A stretch of DNA of 56,236 nt from Gemmatimonadaceae bacterium (GTDB lineage: Bacteria; Gemmatimonadota; Gemmatimonadetes; Gemmatimonadales; Gemmatimonadaceae), in the NCBI GenBank assembly GCA_040902005.1, contig JBBDYA010000135.1, forward strand, positions 1-56,236, in the 5' to 3' direction. The notes under the pieces were generated by a model. That model was not told where the DNA came from and ran no database searches. It saw nothing but the letters and a program-made list of their open reading frames with translations. The number at the start of each line of letters is the position of its first letter. The first letter of the stretch is position 1. Positions 28,625-37,770 of this stretch are shown piece by piece. Position numbers and translations under genes: made by a program.

Positions 28625-28948
28625 TCAGCAACAGCCGTCTTTCACTGTGAGCTGTCGCGACGACGGCTTCATGTCGCCGAGCAACTCGTTGACCTCGTCG
28701 AATACGTCGGCGTTGATGGAGTAGTGCACCCAGCGCCCGTCTCGGCGGTCGGAGACGATGCCGGCCTCCTTGAGAACCTTGAGATGGAACGACAACCGCG
28801 ACTGCGCCGCGTCCAGGAGATCGGTCAGGTCGCAGACGCACCGCTCTCCGCTGCGCAGTCGCTGGACGATGCTCAGCCGGGTTACGTCCGAGAGCGCATG
28901 AAACAGCTCGACGGCGCGCGACAGGTCGGTTGCGGTTGCAGTAGACAT
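28625..28948 (-). CDS. arsR: ArsR/SmtB metalloregulator
   Basis: FHALSDVTRL, ERCVCDL, QSRLSFHLKVLKEAG, GRWVHY, C-terminal CC. Confidence 0.93.
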   Translation of the reverse strand: MSTATATDLSRAVELFHALSDVTRLSIVQRLRSGERCVCDLTDLLDAAQSRLSFHLKVLKEAGIVSDRRDGRWVHYSINADVFDEVNELLGDMKPSSRQLTVKDGCC

Positions 28949-28957
28949 ACGCCGAGG

Positions 28958-28985
28958 AAGATATCAACCGAAGTTGATACGTCAA
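28958..28985 (-). promoter_or_regulatory. Sigma-70 promoter with overlapping ArsR operator
   Basis: Minus strand TTGACG-N16-TATCTT. The spacer holds the palindrome ATCAA-CCGAAG-TTGAT (28963-28978). Confidence 0.8.
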
Positions 28986-29114
28986 TCCCCCCCCCCCGCC
29001 CGCAAGTTCAGTCCCGGCTTGCGCGCACTTTCGGCCAGCCTGGCAGCGAAAGGATGGTGCTCTGGAGAGTCTATGAGCGCAGTTGTACCGGAACGTCCGG
29101 GATGAATCCAGGCG

Positions 29115-29608
29115 CGTCCGCTCAGCACGGATGTCCACGGACGAGGCGGAGACTGCACGGAGCTCGCAATGCCCCTACTCCTCGAGGAACTCACGAGATC
29201 GGTCATAGGACGATTCTATGCCGTCTACGATCGCCTGGGGTACGGTCTGCTCGAAAACCCCTATGTGGGTGCGCTCGAGATCGAACTGAAAAAGGCTGGC
29301 CATGAGGTGGCTCGCGAGATGCCAATCGCGGTTCGGTATGAGGGAGTCGTGGTCGGGTCCTATCGCATCGATCTGCTGGTGGATCGGCAGCTTCTCGTGG
29401 AAGTGAAGGCCGAGCCATGCCTCACCGGGATCCACGAGCGACAGCTTCGCAACTACCTGGCCTGCTCGGATTGCGAAGTTGGACTGGTGCTGTGCTTTGG
29501 TATCCAGCCACAGTTCAAGCGATTCATCCACACGCAGGATCGGAAGGTACGAGAGCATCACGTCCGTGAACGTCAGTCACGTCCGTGAACGTCAGCGCTG
29601 GACGGACG
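29115..29608. mobile_element. Inverted-repeat-bounded GxxExxY cassette
   Basis: 29115-29143 and the reverse complement of 29580-29608 match at 23/29 nt (CACGGACG core). An 18-nt direct repeat CACGTCCGTGAACGTCAG lies at 29559 and 29578. Confidence 0.6.
29169..29588 (+). CDS. GxxExxY protein (PD-(D/E)XK nuclease-like fold)
   Basis: LGYGLLENPY (GxxExxY), RIDLLV, VEVKA, QLRNYL, GLVLCFG. Confidence 0.92.
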   Translation: MPLLLEELTRSVIGRFYAVYDRLGYGLLENPYVGALEIELKKAGHEVAREMPIAVRYEGVVVGSYRIDLLVDRQLLVEVKAEPCLTGIHERQLRNYLACSDCEVGLVLCFGIQPQFKRFIHTQDRKVREHHVRERQSRP

Positions 29609-29686
29609 TGTCGAGATATTTGGACGCCAGGAACGAACTGGTCTATCGCAGCATGACGGCCATTCGCTGGCTGGGTACTTTCAATC

Positions 29687-30529
29687 ATGGCAGAGCAGAG
29701 CGCGGTCGAGAAAGAGCAGGCACTGATCGAGTGGCTGCGGTGTCGCGACCGTGTCGCCATCGGATTCAGCGGTGGAGTGGATTCCGCCTACCTCGCCGCT
29801 GTGACGCTCGAAACCCTCGGCCCGGAGCGCAGCCTTGCCCTGATCGGGCGCAGCGAGTCGCTATCCGGCCGGGAAGAAGACAACGCGGCCGCCGTGGCCC
29901 GTGCCATTGGCATACCGCTTCACGAACTCGACACTGGCGAACTGTCGGATCCCGGGTACGCCGCCAATCCGACCAATCGCTGCTATTTCTGCAAGAGCGT
30001 GCTGTGGGTGACGCTGCTGCCTGTGGCGCGCGCGCGCGGGTTCGCGGTGCTCGTGGACGGGACGAACGCGGACGACTTGCACGACTATCGGCCTGGCGGA
30101 CGCGCGGCAGGGGAGCAGGGCATCCACTCGCCCCTGGCCGAAGTGGGTTTGGTCAAGGCTGAGATCCGCCACCGCACGCGCGCGCGCGGGTTTCCCTGGT
30201 GGGACCGGCCGGCGTCTCCCTGCCTGGCATCGCGCCTACCTTATGGTACGCCGGTGACTCCCGGCCGGCTGCGCGCCGTGGATGCCGCCGAGGCGGCGCT
30301 CCGCGCGCTGGGGATCACGGGCAACCTGCGTGTGCGGCATCACGGCGACCTCGCGCGGGTGGAGCTCGACGCGGGCATGCGGGTCCGGTTTTCGTCGGGC
30401 AGCGCGCTGGCGTCGCTCATGGCCGCGGTGCGCTCGGCGGGGTTCACGACGGTGGAACTGGACCCGCGCGGGTTCCGATCCGGCTCACTGAACGTGCTCG
30501 AGGACGGTGCGACTCTTTCTGGCCATTAA
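29687..30529 (+). CDS. larE: ATP-dependent sacrificial sulfur transferase LarE-like
   Basis: FSGGVDS, NPTNRCYFCK, DGTNADD..YRPG, SPCLASRLPYG, LRVRHHG, FRSGSLN. Confidence 0.9.
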   Translation: MAEQSAVEKEQALIEWLRCRDRVAIGFSGGVDSAYLAAVTLETLGPERSLALIGRSESLSGREEDNAAAVARAIGIPLHELDTGELSDPGYAANPTNRCYFCKSVLWVTLLPVARARGFAVLVDGTNADDLHDYRPGGRAAGEQGIHSPLAEVGLVKAEIRHRTRARGFPWWDRPASPCLASRLPYGTPVTPGRLRAVDAAEAALRALGITGNLRVRHHGDLARVELDAGMRVRFSSGSALASLMAAVRSAGFTTVELDPRGFRSGSLNVLEDGATLSGH

Positions 30530-31070
30530 CCTCGATCCCCGGGTGAGTCGCGAGATCGTCCGCGAAACGGGCGCGCTCCGCGCCATGGCGCCCGGGCTGC
30601 GGTGGGTTGACGAGGCGCGCCTGCATCTCACGCTGAAATTCATGGGCGAGCGGCCGGACGAGGACGTCGCCTCCATTCGCGAGGCGCTCGATCGGGTCGC
30701 GGGCCGGCACCGTCGGATCGCCATGCACGTGCGACACGTAGGCGCGTTTCCGAACTTTCGTCGCGCGCGCGTCGTATGGATCGGCGTGGAGCAGGACGCG
30801 CGGCTGGAGCTGCTCCAGCACGACGTGGAGGTGGAATGCGATGCGCGCGGGTTCGAGTTGGACGGGCGCGCCTTCCGCCCGCACCTGACGCTCGCGCGGG
30901 TTCCAGAGGGAACGGACCGGGACGTGCTTGTCCGGCTGGAGCTTGCGGCGCAGGACGTGGACCTCGAACTGGAGTGTGTCGTGGAATCGATCGACCTGAT
31001 GCGGAGCACCACTGCGGCCGGCGGCTCGCGGTACGAGCGCCTGCACGCCGCGGCGCTGCGTGTGAACTAG
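30507..31070 (+). CDS. thpR: RNA 2',3'-cyclic phosphodiesterase (2H family)
   Basis: MRLFLAI, two HLTL motifs (HLTLKFMG, FRPHLTLAR), RVVWIG. Confidence 0.92.
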   Translation: MRLFLAINLDPRVSREIVRETGALRAMAPGLRWVDEARLHLTLKFMGERPDEDVASIREALDRVAGRHRRIAMHVRHVGAFPNFRRARVVWIGVEQDARLELLQHDVEVECDARGFELDGRAFRPHLTLARVPEGTDRDVLVRLELAAQDVDLELECVVESIDLMRSTTAAGGSRYERLHAAALRVN

Positions 31071-31071
31071 C

Positions 31072-31716
31072 ATGGGGTGTCTCGCGCGGCTGGGTTGTCT
31101 CGTGGTCCTCGCCGTCCTGGCGGTGGCCGCGTGGTTCACGCGCAGCCAGTGGCTTCCCATGATCCGTTCCAGGATGGCGGCCGAGACCGCCGCGGTGCCA
31201 ACGTGGCAGCGGCTTACCGAGGCGGGCGCCGCGCGCGCGGATTCCGCGCTCCGCCGGTTGCAGGCCCCTGGGGGACCGATGTACGTGAACGCGACCGCGG
31301 GTGATCTGGCGTCGTATATCGCGCGGGAGCTCACGCAGACGATCCCGGCCTTCACGGACAGCCTCGAGGCGGCCGCTATCGACGACCGGCTGCACCTGCG
31401 CGCGTTCGTTCGCACCGCGGACCTGGGCGACCGCCAGTCGCTGGGTCCCCTGGCGGTGCTCCTGGGTGAGCGCGAGCGCCTGCAGATGGGGGGCGTGCTC
31501 CGCATCATCCGGCCGGGGCTCGCCGAGCTCCAGATCAAGGAGTTCAGGATCCGTGATCTCGCGCTGCCGCAGCCGCTCATCCCCCGCATCGTGCAGCAGA
31601 TCATCCGTGGGGAGCGTTCGCCGGGGCTGTCCGAGGAGGGTATTCCGTTGGCGACACCCGATTACATCGCGGACGTGCGCGTCCAGAACGGGCTGATCAC
31701 ATTGTACAAGCGCTGA
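31072..31716 (+). CDS. Hypothetical membrane-anchored protein
   Basis: N-terminal TM anchor (MGCLARLGCLVVL...); starts 1 bp after thpR. Confidence 0.75.
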   Translation: MGCLARLGCLVVLAVLAVAAWFTRSQWLPMIRSRMAAETAAVPTWQRLTEAGAARADSALRRLQAPGGPMYVNATAGDLASYIARELTQTIPAFTDSLEAAAIDDRLHLRAFVRTADLGDRQSLGPLAVLLGERERLQMGGVLRIIRPGLAELQIKEFRIRDLALPQPLIPRIVQQIIRGERSPGLSEEGIPLATPDYIADVRVQNGLITLYKR

Positions 31717-31720
31717 TAAT

Positions 31721-31852
31721 GACACGGATTGGACGCGGATTTCACGGATTTCACGGATTTCACGGATTTCACGGATTTCACGGATTACGCGGATAAGACG
31801 CGGATGACACGGATAAGACGCGGATGACACGGATCACGCGGATCACGCGGAT
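31721..31852 (+). repeat. Tandem array of CRCGGAT-core 9-11-mers (14 cores)
   Basis: TCACGGATT x5 plus ACGCGGAT/ACACGGAT variants. Confidence 0.95.
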
Positions 31853-31878
31853 GGCACATACAAGAACCGGCACAGGCG

Positions 31879-33243
31879 ATGTCGCGTAAGGTTCTAATCG
31901 TCGACGACGAGGCGGGAATCCGCCAGGCCCTTGGCCAGCTCCTCGAGTTCGAGGGCTACGAGGTGCGGTCGGCGGATAACGCCAGCGACGGCATCGCCCA
32001 GTACCAGAGCTGGCGGCCGCACCTGGTGTTCATGGACGTGAAGATGGCGGGGATCGACGGGCTGGAGGCGCTCAAGCGCCTTCGCGACGTGGACGCCGCC
32101 GCGGTGGTGGTGATGATCTCGGGGCACGCGACGATCCAGACCGCGGTGGAAGCCACACAGCGCGGCGCGTACGACATCCTGGAGAAGCCGCTCGACACGG
32201 ATCGCATTCTCGTCACGCTGCGCAACGCCCTCTCGCACCTCGACCTGCACGAGGAGAACGCGCGGCTGCGACAGACCATCGAGTCGCGATTCGAGATCGT
32301 GGGACGCTCCTACGCGATCCGCGCGCTGACCGACAAGATCGAGAAGGTGGCGAAGACACCGGCGCGGGTGCTGATCACCGGCGAGAACGGCACCGGCAAG
32401 GAGCTCGTGGCGCGGGCGATCCACCGCAACTCCGCGCGCGCGGACCAGCCGTTCGTGGAAGTGAACTGTGCGGCGATTCCGTCCGAGCTCATCGAGAGTG
32501 AGCTGTTCGGGCACATGAAGGGATCGTTCACGGGCGCCGTGGCGGATCGTCCCGGCCGGTTCGAGCAGGCCGACACCGGCACGCTCTTCCTGGACGAGAT
32601 CGGCGACATGTCGCTGAGCGCCCAGGCCAAGGTGCTGCGCGTGCTGCAGGACGGCGTGGTGACGCGCATCGGCGGCAGCAAGCCGGTGCAGGTGGACGTG
32701 CGCGTGCTGGCCGCGACCAACAAGAAGCTCGAGACGGAGATCGGGGAGGGCCGGTTCCGCGAGGACCTCTTCTACCGCCTGAACGTGGTGCCGCTGCACG
32801 TGCCCGCGCTGCGCGAGCGACGGGAGGACATCCCCCAGCTGGTGTCGCACTTCGTGCAGCAGCTCACCCAGGGCGAAGGCATGCCGCCGCGGATCATCAC
32901 GCCGGAGGCCGAAGAGCGGCTTGCCCAGCTGGACTGGCCGGGGAACGTGCGCGAGCTGCGAAACACGGTCGAGCGCCTCCTGATCCTCTCCACCGGGCCG
33001 CGCATCGGCCGCGAGGAGGTGGACCGCCTGGAGGGCGCCGCCGCGGACCAGGCGGGCATCGGCGGCCTCCTCGACTGCAAGACGTTCGAGGAGTTCAAGC
33101 AGGCCGCGGAGCGCGCGTACCTGCTGGCCAAGTTGCGCGCTCACGACTGGAACGTGAGCGAAACCGCGCGCGGGCTGGAAATGCCGCGGTCAAACCTCTA
33201 CAAGAAGATCGAGCGCTACGCCCTGACACGGGAGAGCACGTGA
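31879..33243 (+). CDS. Sigma-54-type response regulator (NtrC/NtrX family)
   Basis: REC domain (VDDE, MDVKM, ISGH, KP), GENGTGKE, ESELFGHMKGSFTGA, LFLDEIG, FREDLFYRLNV, WPGNVREL, Fis HTH. Confidence 0.95.
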   Translation: MSRKVLIVDDEAGIRQALGQLLEFEGYEVRSADNASDGIAQYQSWRPHLVFMDVKMAGIDGLEALKRLRDVDAAAVVVMISGHATIQTAVEATQRGAYDILEKPLDTDRILVTLRNALSHLDLHEENARLRQTIESRFEIVGRSYAIRALTDKIEKVAKTPARVLITGENGTGKELVARAIHRNSARADQPFVEVNCAAIPSELIESELFGHMKGSFTGAVADRPGRFEQADTGTLFLDEIGDMSLSAQAKVLRVLQDGVVTRIGGSKPVQVDVRVLAATNKKLETEIGEGRFREDLFYRLNVVPLHVPALRERREDIPQLVSHFVQQLTQGEGMPPRIITPEAEERLAQLDWPGNVRELRNTVERLLILSTGPRIGREEVDRLEGAAADQAGIGGLLDCKTFEEFKQAAERAYLLAKLRAHDWNVSETARGLEMPRSNLYKKIERYALTREST

Positions 33244-33686
33244 GTGACAAGGATTGGGCCAAAGAGATGGAAAAGATCGACAAGCAGCTGGAGTCGGTCG
33301 CGGATGATCAGATCTTTCCGGAGAAACCGGCGGCAACACCGGCAGAGGCTTCGCGCATCGCGACGGAGCGCACCGTGGCCACGTCATGGCCCGCGCTCCT
33401 GCGGCTTGGCTTGGCGGTCGCGCTGGGCGTGGGCATCCTGTTCTGGCCGTACGCGAACCGGTGCGGTGTGGGCCTGGCTGGCTACCTGTTCGCGGTGATC
33501 GCCGTGTCGGCCGGGGGGGTGTGGAGTGCGGTCTGGACCTGGCGTCACCGTGCCGCCAGCGCTCACGTGCTCTCGGTCCTGCTGATCGTGTGGGGGCTCA
33601 TGCTCGGCGCGACGGAGGTACTCCCGAGGGTTGGGTACGCGAAGGAGGCACTTCCGTGGTCGTGCATGCCAGAGGGACGCAGATGA
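33240..33686 (+). CDS. Hypothetical membrane protein
   Basis: GTGA overlap with the regulator; three TM segments. Confidence 0.75.
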   Translation: MSDKDWAKEMEKIDKQLESVADDQIFPEKPAATPAEASRIATERTVATSWPALLRLGLAVALGVGILFWPYANRCGVGLAGYLFAVIAVSAGGVWSAVWTWRHRAASAHVLSVLLIVWGLMLGATEVLPRVGYAKEALPWSCMPEGRR

Positions 33687-33733
33687 CGCGGAGGGACGCG
33701 GATTACACGGATTACGCGGATTGCGCGGATGAC
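33677..33733 (+). repeat. Tandem CRCGGA array overlapping a stop codon
   Basis: ACGCAGATG ACGCGGAGGG ACGCGGATT ACACGGATT ACGCGGATT GCGCGGATG. Confidence 0.85.
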
Positions 33734-33826
33734 TTCGAACTGCGGGGGATTTGCCTCTACTGATCTCTCGCGGTTGGTTTCTCAGTCCGGTTGTCTCATT
33801 CCGGTCGGTTCCTCCACTTCGATTGT

Positions 33827-33874
33827 TCCTCCGTGTCCTCCGTGTCCTCCGTGTCCTCCGTGTCCTCCGCGGTT
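33827..33874 (-). repeat. Tandem (TCCTCCGTG)4 + TCCTCCGCGGTT array, i.e. the CACGGA core on the minus strand
   Basis: Read directly; inverted relative to the 33677-33733 array. Confidence 0.9.
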
Positions 33875-33879
33875 AATTC

Positions 33880-35388
33880 ATGATCAAGATGAAAACGTTT
33901 CAGAATTTCATTGCGGGCAAATGGGTGGCTCCCGGGAGCGGCGAGCACTTCGAGAACCGCAATCCCGCGGACTGGAATGACCTGATCGGCAGGTTCCCGC
34001 TCTCCAGCGCCGACGATGTCAACAAGGCAGTCGAGTCGGCGAAAAAGGGATTCGCGGAATGGCGCCGCACGCCGGCCCCCGCCCGGGGCGACGTGCTGCG
34101 GCGCGTGGGCGACCTGATGGCGGCCCGCAAGGAAGAGATCGCGGACCTCATGACGCGCGAGATGGGGAAGCCGCTGCCCGAGACGCGCGGCGACGTGCAG
34201 GAGGGAATCGACACCGCGTACTACGCGGCCAGCGAGGGGCGCCGGCTGTTCGGCCACACGGTCCCCAGTGAGCTGCGCGACAAATGGGCGATGAGCTACC
34301 GGCGTCCCATCGGCGTGTGCGGGCTGATCACGCCGTTCAACTTCCCGATGGCGATTCCCACGTGGAAGATGTTTCCGGCGCTCACCTGCGGAAACGCGGT
34401 GATCCTGAAGCCGGCCGAGGACGTGCCGCACACCAGCACCGCGCTGGTGGAGATCCTGCTGGAGGCGGGACTGCCGCCCGAGGTGATTCAACTCGTGCAC
34501 GGCCTGGGGGAAACGGTGGGCCGGGCGATCGTGGAGCACCCGGAGGTGCCGGTGATCTCGTTCACGGGGTCCACCGAGACGGGGCGGTTCGTGGGGGAGA
34601 CCTGCGGCCGGATGCACAAGCGTCTCTCCCTGGAAATGGGGGGCAAGAACGCGCAGATCGTCATGGACGACGCCAACCTGGACCTGGCCCTGGATGGCGT
34701 GCTCTGGGGCGCGTTCGGGACCACGGGGCAGCGCTGTACGGCGACCAGCCGGCTGCTGGTGCAGAGCGGCGTACACGACGAGTTCGTGAGCAAGCTCACA
34801 CAGCGCGCGCGCGCGATGAAGCTGGGTGACGGCCGAGCGAAGGGGACGGACGTGGGTCCCCTCATCAACGAGGCGGCGCTCACCAAGGTGGAGGAGTACG
34901 TCGGTATCGGCGTGGCCGAGGGCGCGGATCTGCTCTGTGGGGGCAAGCGGGCGCCGGCGGGAAAGCTCGCGAACGGCTTTTTCTACGAGCCGACGATCTT
35001 CGCGCGCGTGGACGCCGGGATGCGCATCGAGCAGGAGGAGATCTTCGGGCCCGTGCTGTCGGTGGTCCGCTTCAAATCAGTGGACGAAGCGTTCGCGATC
35101 AACAACGGGGTGAAATACGGCCTGTCGTCGTCGGTCTACACGTCCAGCGTCAACGTGGCTTTCCGCGCGCTCACCGAGCTGGACAACGGCATCACCTACA
35201 TCAACGCGCCGACGATTGGCGCCGAGGCCCATCTCCCCTTTGGGGGGGTCAAACAGACGGGGAACGGGCACCGCGAGGGCGGCTGGGAAGTGTACGAGTT
35301 CTACTCGGAAACCAAGGTCGGGTATCTTGACTTTTCGGGGCAGCTTCAGCGGGCACAAATCGACAACTATTCCGGCACGGCGGATTGA
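33880..35388 (+). CDS. Aldehyde dehydrogenase family protein
   Basis: ITPFNFP, LKPAE, SFTGSTETG, LEMGGKN, GQRCTA, EEIFGP, PFGGVKQTG. Start may be 33889. Confidence 0.96.
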   Translation: MIKMKTFQNFIAGKWVAPGSGEHFENRNPADWNDLIGRFPLSSADDVNKAVESAKKGFAEWRRTPAPARGDVLRRVGDLMAARKEEIADLMTREMGKPLPETRGDVQEGIDTAYYAASEGRRLFGHTVPSELRDKWAMSYRRPIGVCGLITPFNFPMAIPTWKMFPALTCGNAVILKPAEDVPHTSTALVEILLEAGLPPEVIQLVHGLGETVGRAIVEHPEVPVISFTGSTETGRFVGETCGRMHKRLSLEMGGKNAQIVMDDANLDLALDGVLWGAFGTTGQRCTATSRLLVQSGVHDEFVSKLTQRARAMKLGDGRAKGTDVGPLINEAALTKVEEYVGIGVAEGADLLCGGKRAPAGKLANGFFYEPTIFARVDAGMRIEQEEIFGPVLSVVRFKSVDEAFAINNGVKYGLSSSVYTSSVNVAFRALTELDNGITYINAPTIGAEAHLPFGGVKQTGNGHREGGWEVYEFYSETKVGYLDFSGQLQRAQIDNYSGTAD

Positions 35389-35475
35389 TTACTTCCGGGC
35401 GGGTGGGCCGTCCCTCTTCTGAGAACGCGACTGGCCACTTGAAGGTGCCGGGCGCGGCAGTAGACTCACACTGGC

Positions 35476-36252
35476 ATGGACGCACCACAGACTGAGAAGG
35501 ACTCGCGGGCGATCACGCCCGAGCGGCGCTACGATGCGCTCCGACATGTCAACAGTCGGCGCGCGTATGCGCTTGGCTTCCTGTGGGAATGGACCAAGAT
35601 CTTCTGGATCTCGGTCGCGCTCTTCCTGGTGCTGCGCACGTTCATCGTGGAGGCGTTCAAGATCCCGAGCGGCAGCATGGAGCGAACGCTGCTGATCGGC
35701 GACTTCCTGCTTGTCAACAAGATGGCGTACGGCGCGGAGATTCCGTTCACGCACGTGCGGCTGCCGGCGCTGCGCGAGCCGCAGCGTGGCGACGTGATCG
35801 TATTCGAGTCGCCGGAGGACGTGTCGAAGACCTACGTCAAGCGGCTCATCGGCATGCCGGGCGACACGCTCGAGATGCGCGACGGGCTGCTCGTACGCAA
35901 CAACGCGCGTCTCGCCGAAGGGTACGTCTTTCATTCCGCGCCGGACGACGACCGGTTCGAGGAGCGTTTCCGGTGGCAGCGCAACCACGTCGTGCAGTCG
36001 GCGAACGCGAGCGTGGGGTACTATCCGTCGCGAAACAACTGGGGTCCGCTGGTCGTCCCTGAGAAGAGTTACTTCGTGTTGGGCGACAACCGCGACAACT
36101 CGAGCGACAGCCGATACTGGGGATTCGTCGCCGACTCGCTGGTGAAGGGGCGCCCGCTCGTGATCTACTATAGTTACGATCCGGATACCGCCAGCGGCTT
36201 CGCCTGGCTCAGCCGGATCCGCTGGAATCGACTGGGTGAGCTGGTCCGTTAG
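35476..36252 (+). CDS. lepB: Signal peptidase I
   Basis: IPSGSMERTL (Ser), RGDVIVF, YVKRLIG (Lys), GDNRDNSSDSRYWG. Confidence 0.96.
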   Translation: MDAPQTEKDSRAITPERRYDALRHVNSRRAYALGFLWEWTKIFWISVALFLVLRTFIVEAFKIPSGSMERTLLIGDFLLVNKMAYGAEIPFTHVRLPALREPQRGDVIVFESPEDVSKTYVKRLIGMPGDTLEMRDGLLVRNNARLAEGYVFHSAPDDDRFEERFRWQRNHVVQSANASVGYYPSRNNWGPLVVPEKSYFVLGDNRDNSSDSRYWGFVADSLVKGRPLVIYYSYDPDTASGFAWLSRIRWNRLGELVR

Positions 36253-36370
36253 CGGGCTGGGTTGCCCCACTCGCGCCGCGCTGGCGCGCGACTAGGTTTT
36301 TGTCAGACAGTTTCCGCACGAGGGTGTTATTCCCGTGTTCCCGCCGTACGCTGTCCTCCGGTAGTCACGC

Positions 36371-37225
36371 ATGCCTCCAGTAACAAAGAAGTCGTCGTAC
36401 GAGGAAGGGTCGCTCGACCAGTATCTGCGCGACATCAGCATCTACCCGCTGATCAATCGGGAGGAAGAGGTTCGCCTCGCGCAACGGATACGGGTCAACG
36501 ACCAGGAGGCGCTGGACAAGCTGGTGCGGTCGAACCTGCGCTTCGTCGTGTCCGTGGCGAAGAAGTATCAGAATCAGGGCGTGTCGCTGTCGGATCTGAT
36601 CAACGAGGGCAACCTTGGCCTGATCCGCGCCGCTCACAAATTTGACGAGACCAAGGGGATCAAGTTCATCTCCTACGCCGTGTGGTGGATCCGGCAGGCC
36701 ATCCTCCAGGCCCTCGCCGAGCAATCCCGCATCGTGCGGGTGCCGCTGAACCGCGCCGGCACGCTGCACCGCATCGGCAAGCGCGCCAGCGCGCTGCTCC
36801 AGGAGCTGGGGCGCGAGGCCACGCACGCCGAGATCGCGGAAGGGATGGAGATCACGGAAGAGGAAGTCGCGAAGACGATGTCCATCTCGCAGACGCACCT
36901 CTCGCTGGACGCGCCGCTCACGCCGGGCGAGGACAACAAGCTCCTCGACTACCTGCCGGACCTGATGAACCCGACGCCGGACGAGCAGACGTTCGAGAAG
37001 GCGCTCACGGAGTCGATCGAGGAGGCGCTGTCGCACCTGAAGGAGCGCGAGGCGAAGATCCTGCGGCTGTACTTCGGGCTGGACGACGAGGAGCCGATGA
37101 CGCTCGAGCAGATCGGCGCGCTCCTGGGCATCACGCGCGAGCGGGTACGGCAGATCAAGGAAAAGGCGCTCTCGCGCTTGCGGCACGTCTCGCGCGCCCG
37201 GGCGCTCGAGTCGTACCTGGGCTGA
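36371..37225 (+). CDS. RpoD/SigA-like sigma-70 factor lacking region 1.1
   Basis: LDQYLRDI, NLRFVVSVAKKY, DLINEGNLGL, KFISYAVWWIRQAI, TLEQIG, TRERVRQIK. Confidence 0.93.
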   Translation: MPPVTKKSSYEEGSLDQYLRDISIYPLINREEEVRLAQRIRVNDQEALDKLVRSNLRFVVSVAKKYQNQGVSLSDLINEGNLGLIRAAHKFDETKGIKFISYAVWWIRQAILQALAEQSRIVRVPLNRAGTLHRIGKRASALLQELGREATHAEIAEGMEITEEEVAKTMSISQTHLSLDAPLTPGEDNKLLDYLPDLMNPTPDEQTFEKALTESIEEALSHLKEREAKILRLYFGLDDEEPMTLEQIGALLGITRERVRQIKEKALSRLRHVSRARALESYLG

Positions 37226-37258
37226 CTTCGCTCCCGCGTGGGCGCGTGCTCCCGTAGT

Positions 37259-37431
37259 GGGAGCGTGGGCGCGTGCTCCCGTCGCGAATTACGCTGTGCT
37301 CCTCGCCGCGGCTTCCGTCGCTTGCGCTCCGTCCAGCCGCGGCTCCGGTGCTCGCTGGCTTCGCGCGATCCGCGGCTCTGCCGCGTGCCGCGCTCAGGCA
37401 ATTCGCGCTGGGAGCACGCGCCCTCGCTCCC
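37259..37431. repeat. Hairpin element A
   Basis: Arms 37259-37290 and 37400-37431 are complementary at 29/32 nt; the loop carries the core shared with element B. Confidence 0.85.
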
Positions 37432-37547
37432 CCGGCCTTGGAGCTAGCGAACTCTGAGCCGCGACGGACCGACTGCCACCACACGCTCGTGTCTCTGCGC
37501 GCGGAATGTCGGGCGCGAGCGGGCATGCCGCAGGCGATTGGCGCTGG

Positions 37548-37720
37548 GGTGCGTCGGGGGCGGGGTTCCCTAAGCGGACCGTCTGAAGCGGGAGCCGGCG
37601 CAGCCGGCAACCGCTGAGGCCAGCGAGCACCGCAGGAGCGGAGCGACGGAGCGCAAGCGACGAAGCGAAGCGACGAGGAGCACAGCGTGGTCCGCGTGGG
37701 AATCCCGCCCCCGATGCGCC
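37548..37720. repeat. Hairpin element B
   Basis: 23-nt arms 37548-37570 and 37698-37720 (20 Watson-Crick + 3 G.T pairs); inner GCGGACC/GGTCCGC stem. Confidence 0.85.
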
Positions 37721-37770
37721 TCCAACGCCGAACGCCGACGCGCCTCCAACGCCGAACGCCGAACGCCGAA
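37716..37770. repeat. AACGCCG heptamer repeats within a 23-nt duplication
   Basis: GCGCCTCCAACGCCGAACGCCGA at 37716 and 37740. Confidence 0.8.

Noticed and set aside
25591..28997. Genomic island integrated in comM carrying the ars genes
   Set aside because: comM is intact, and no integrase or att duplication is visible.
28987..28997. C11 (and G11 at 56167-56177, G9 at ~47142) as phase-variation switches
   Set aside because: They lie outside promoter spacers or keep the reading frame, and homopolymer length cannot be trusted without reads.
31721..31852. CRISPR array (also considered for 49658-49720 and 51115-51236)
   Set aside because: Units are 9-11 nt with no unique spacers, and there are no cas genes in the window.
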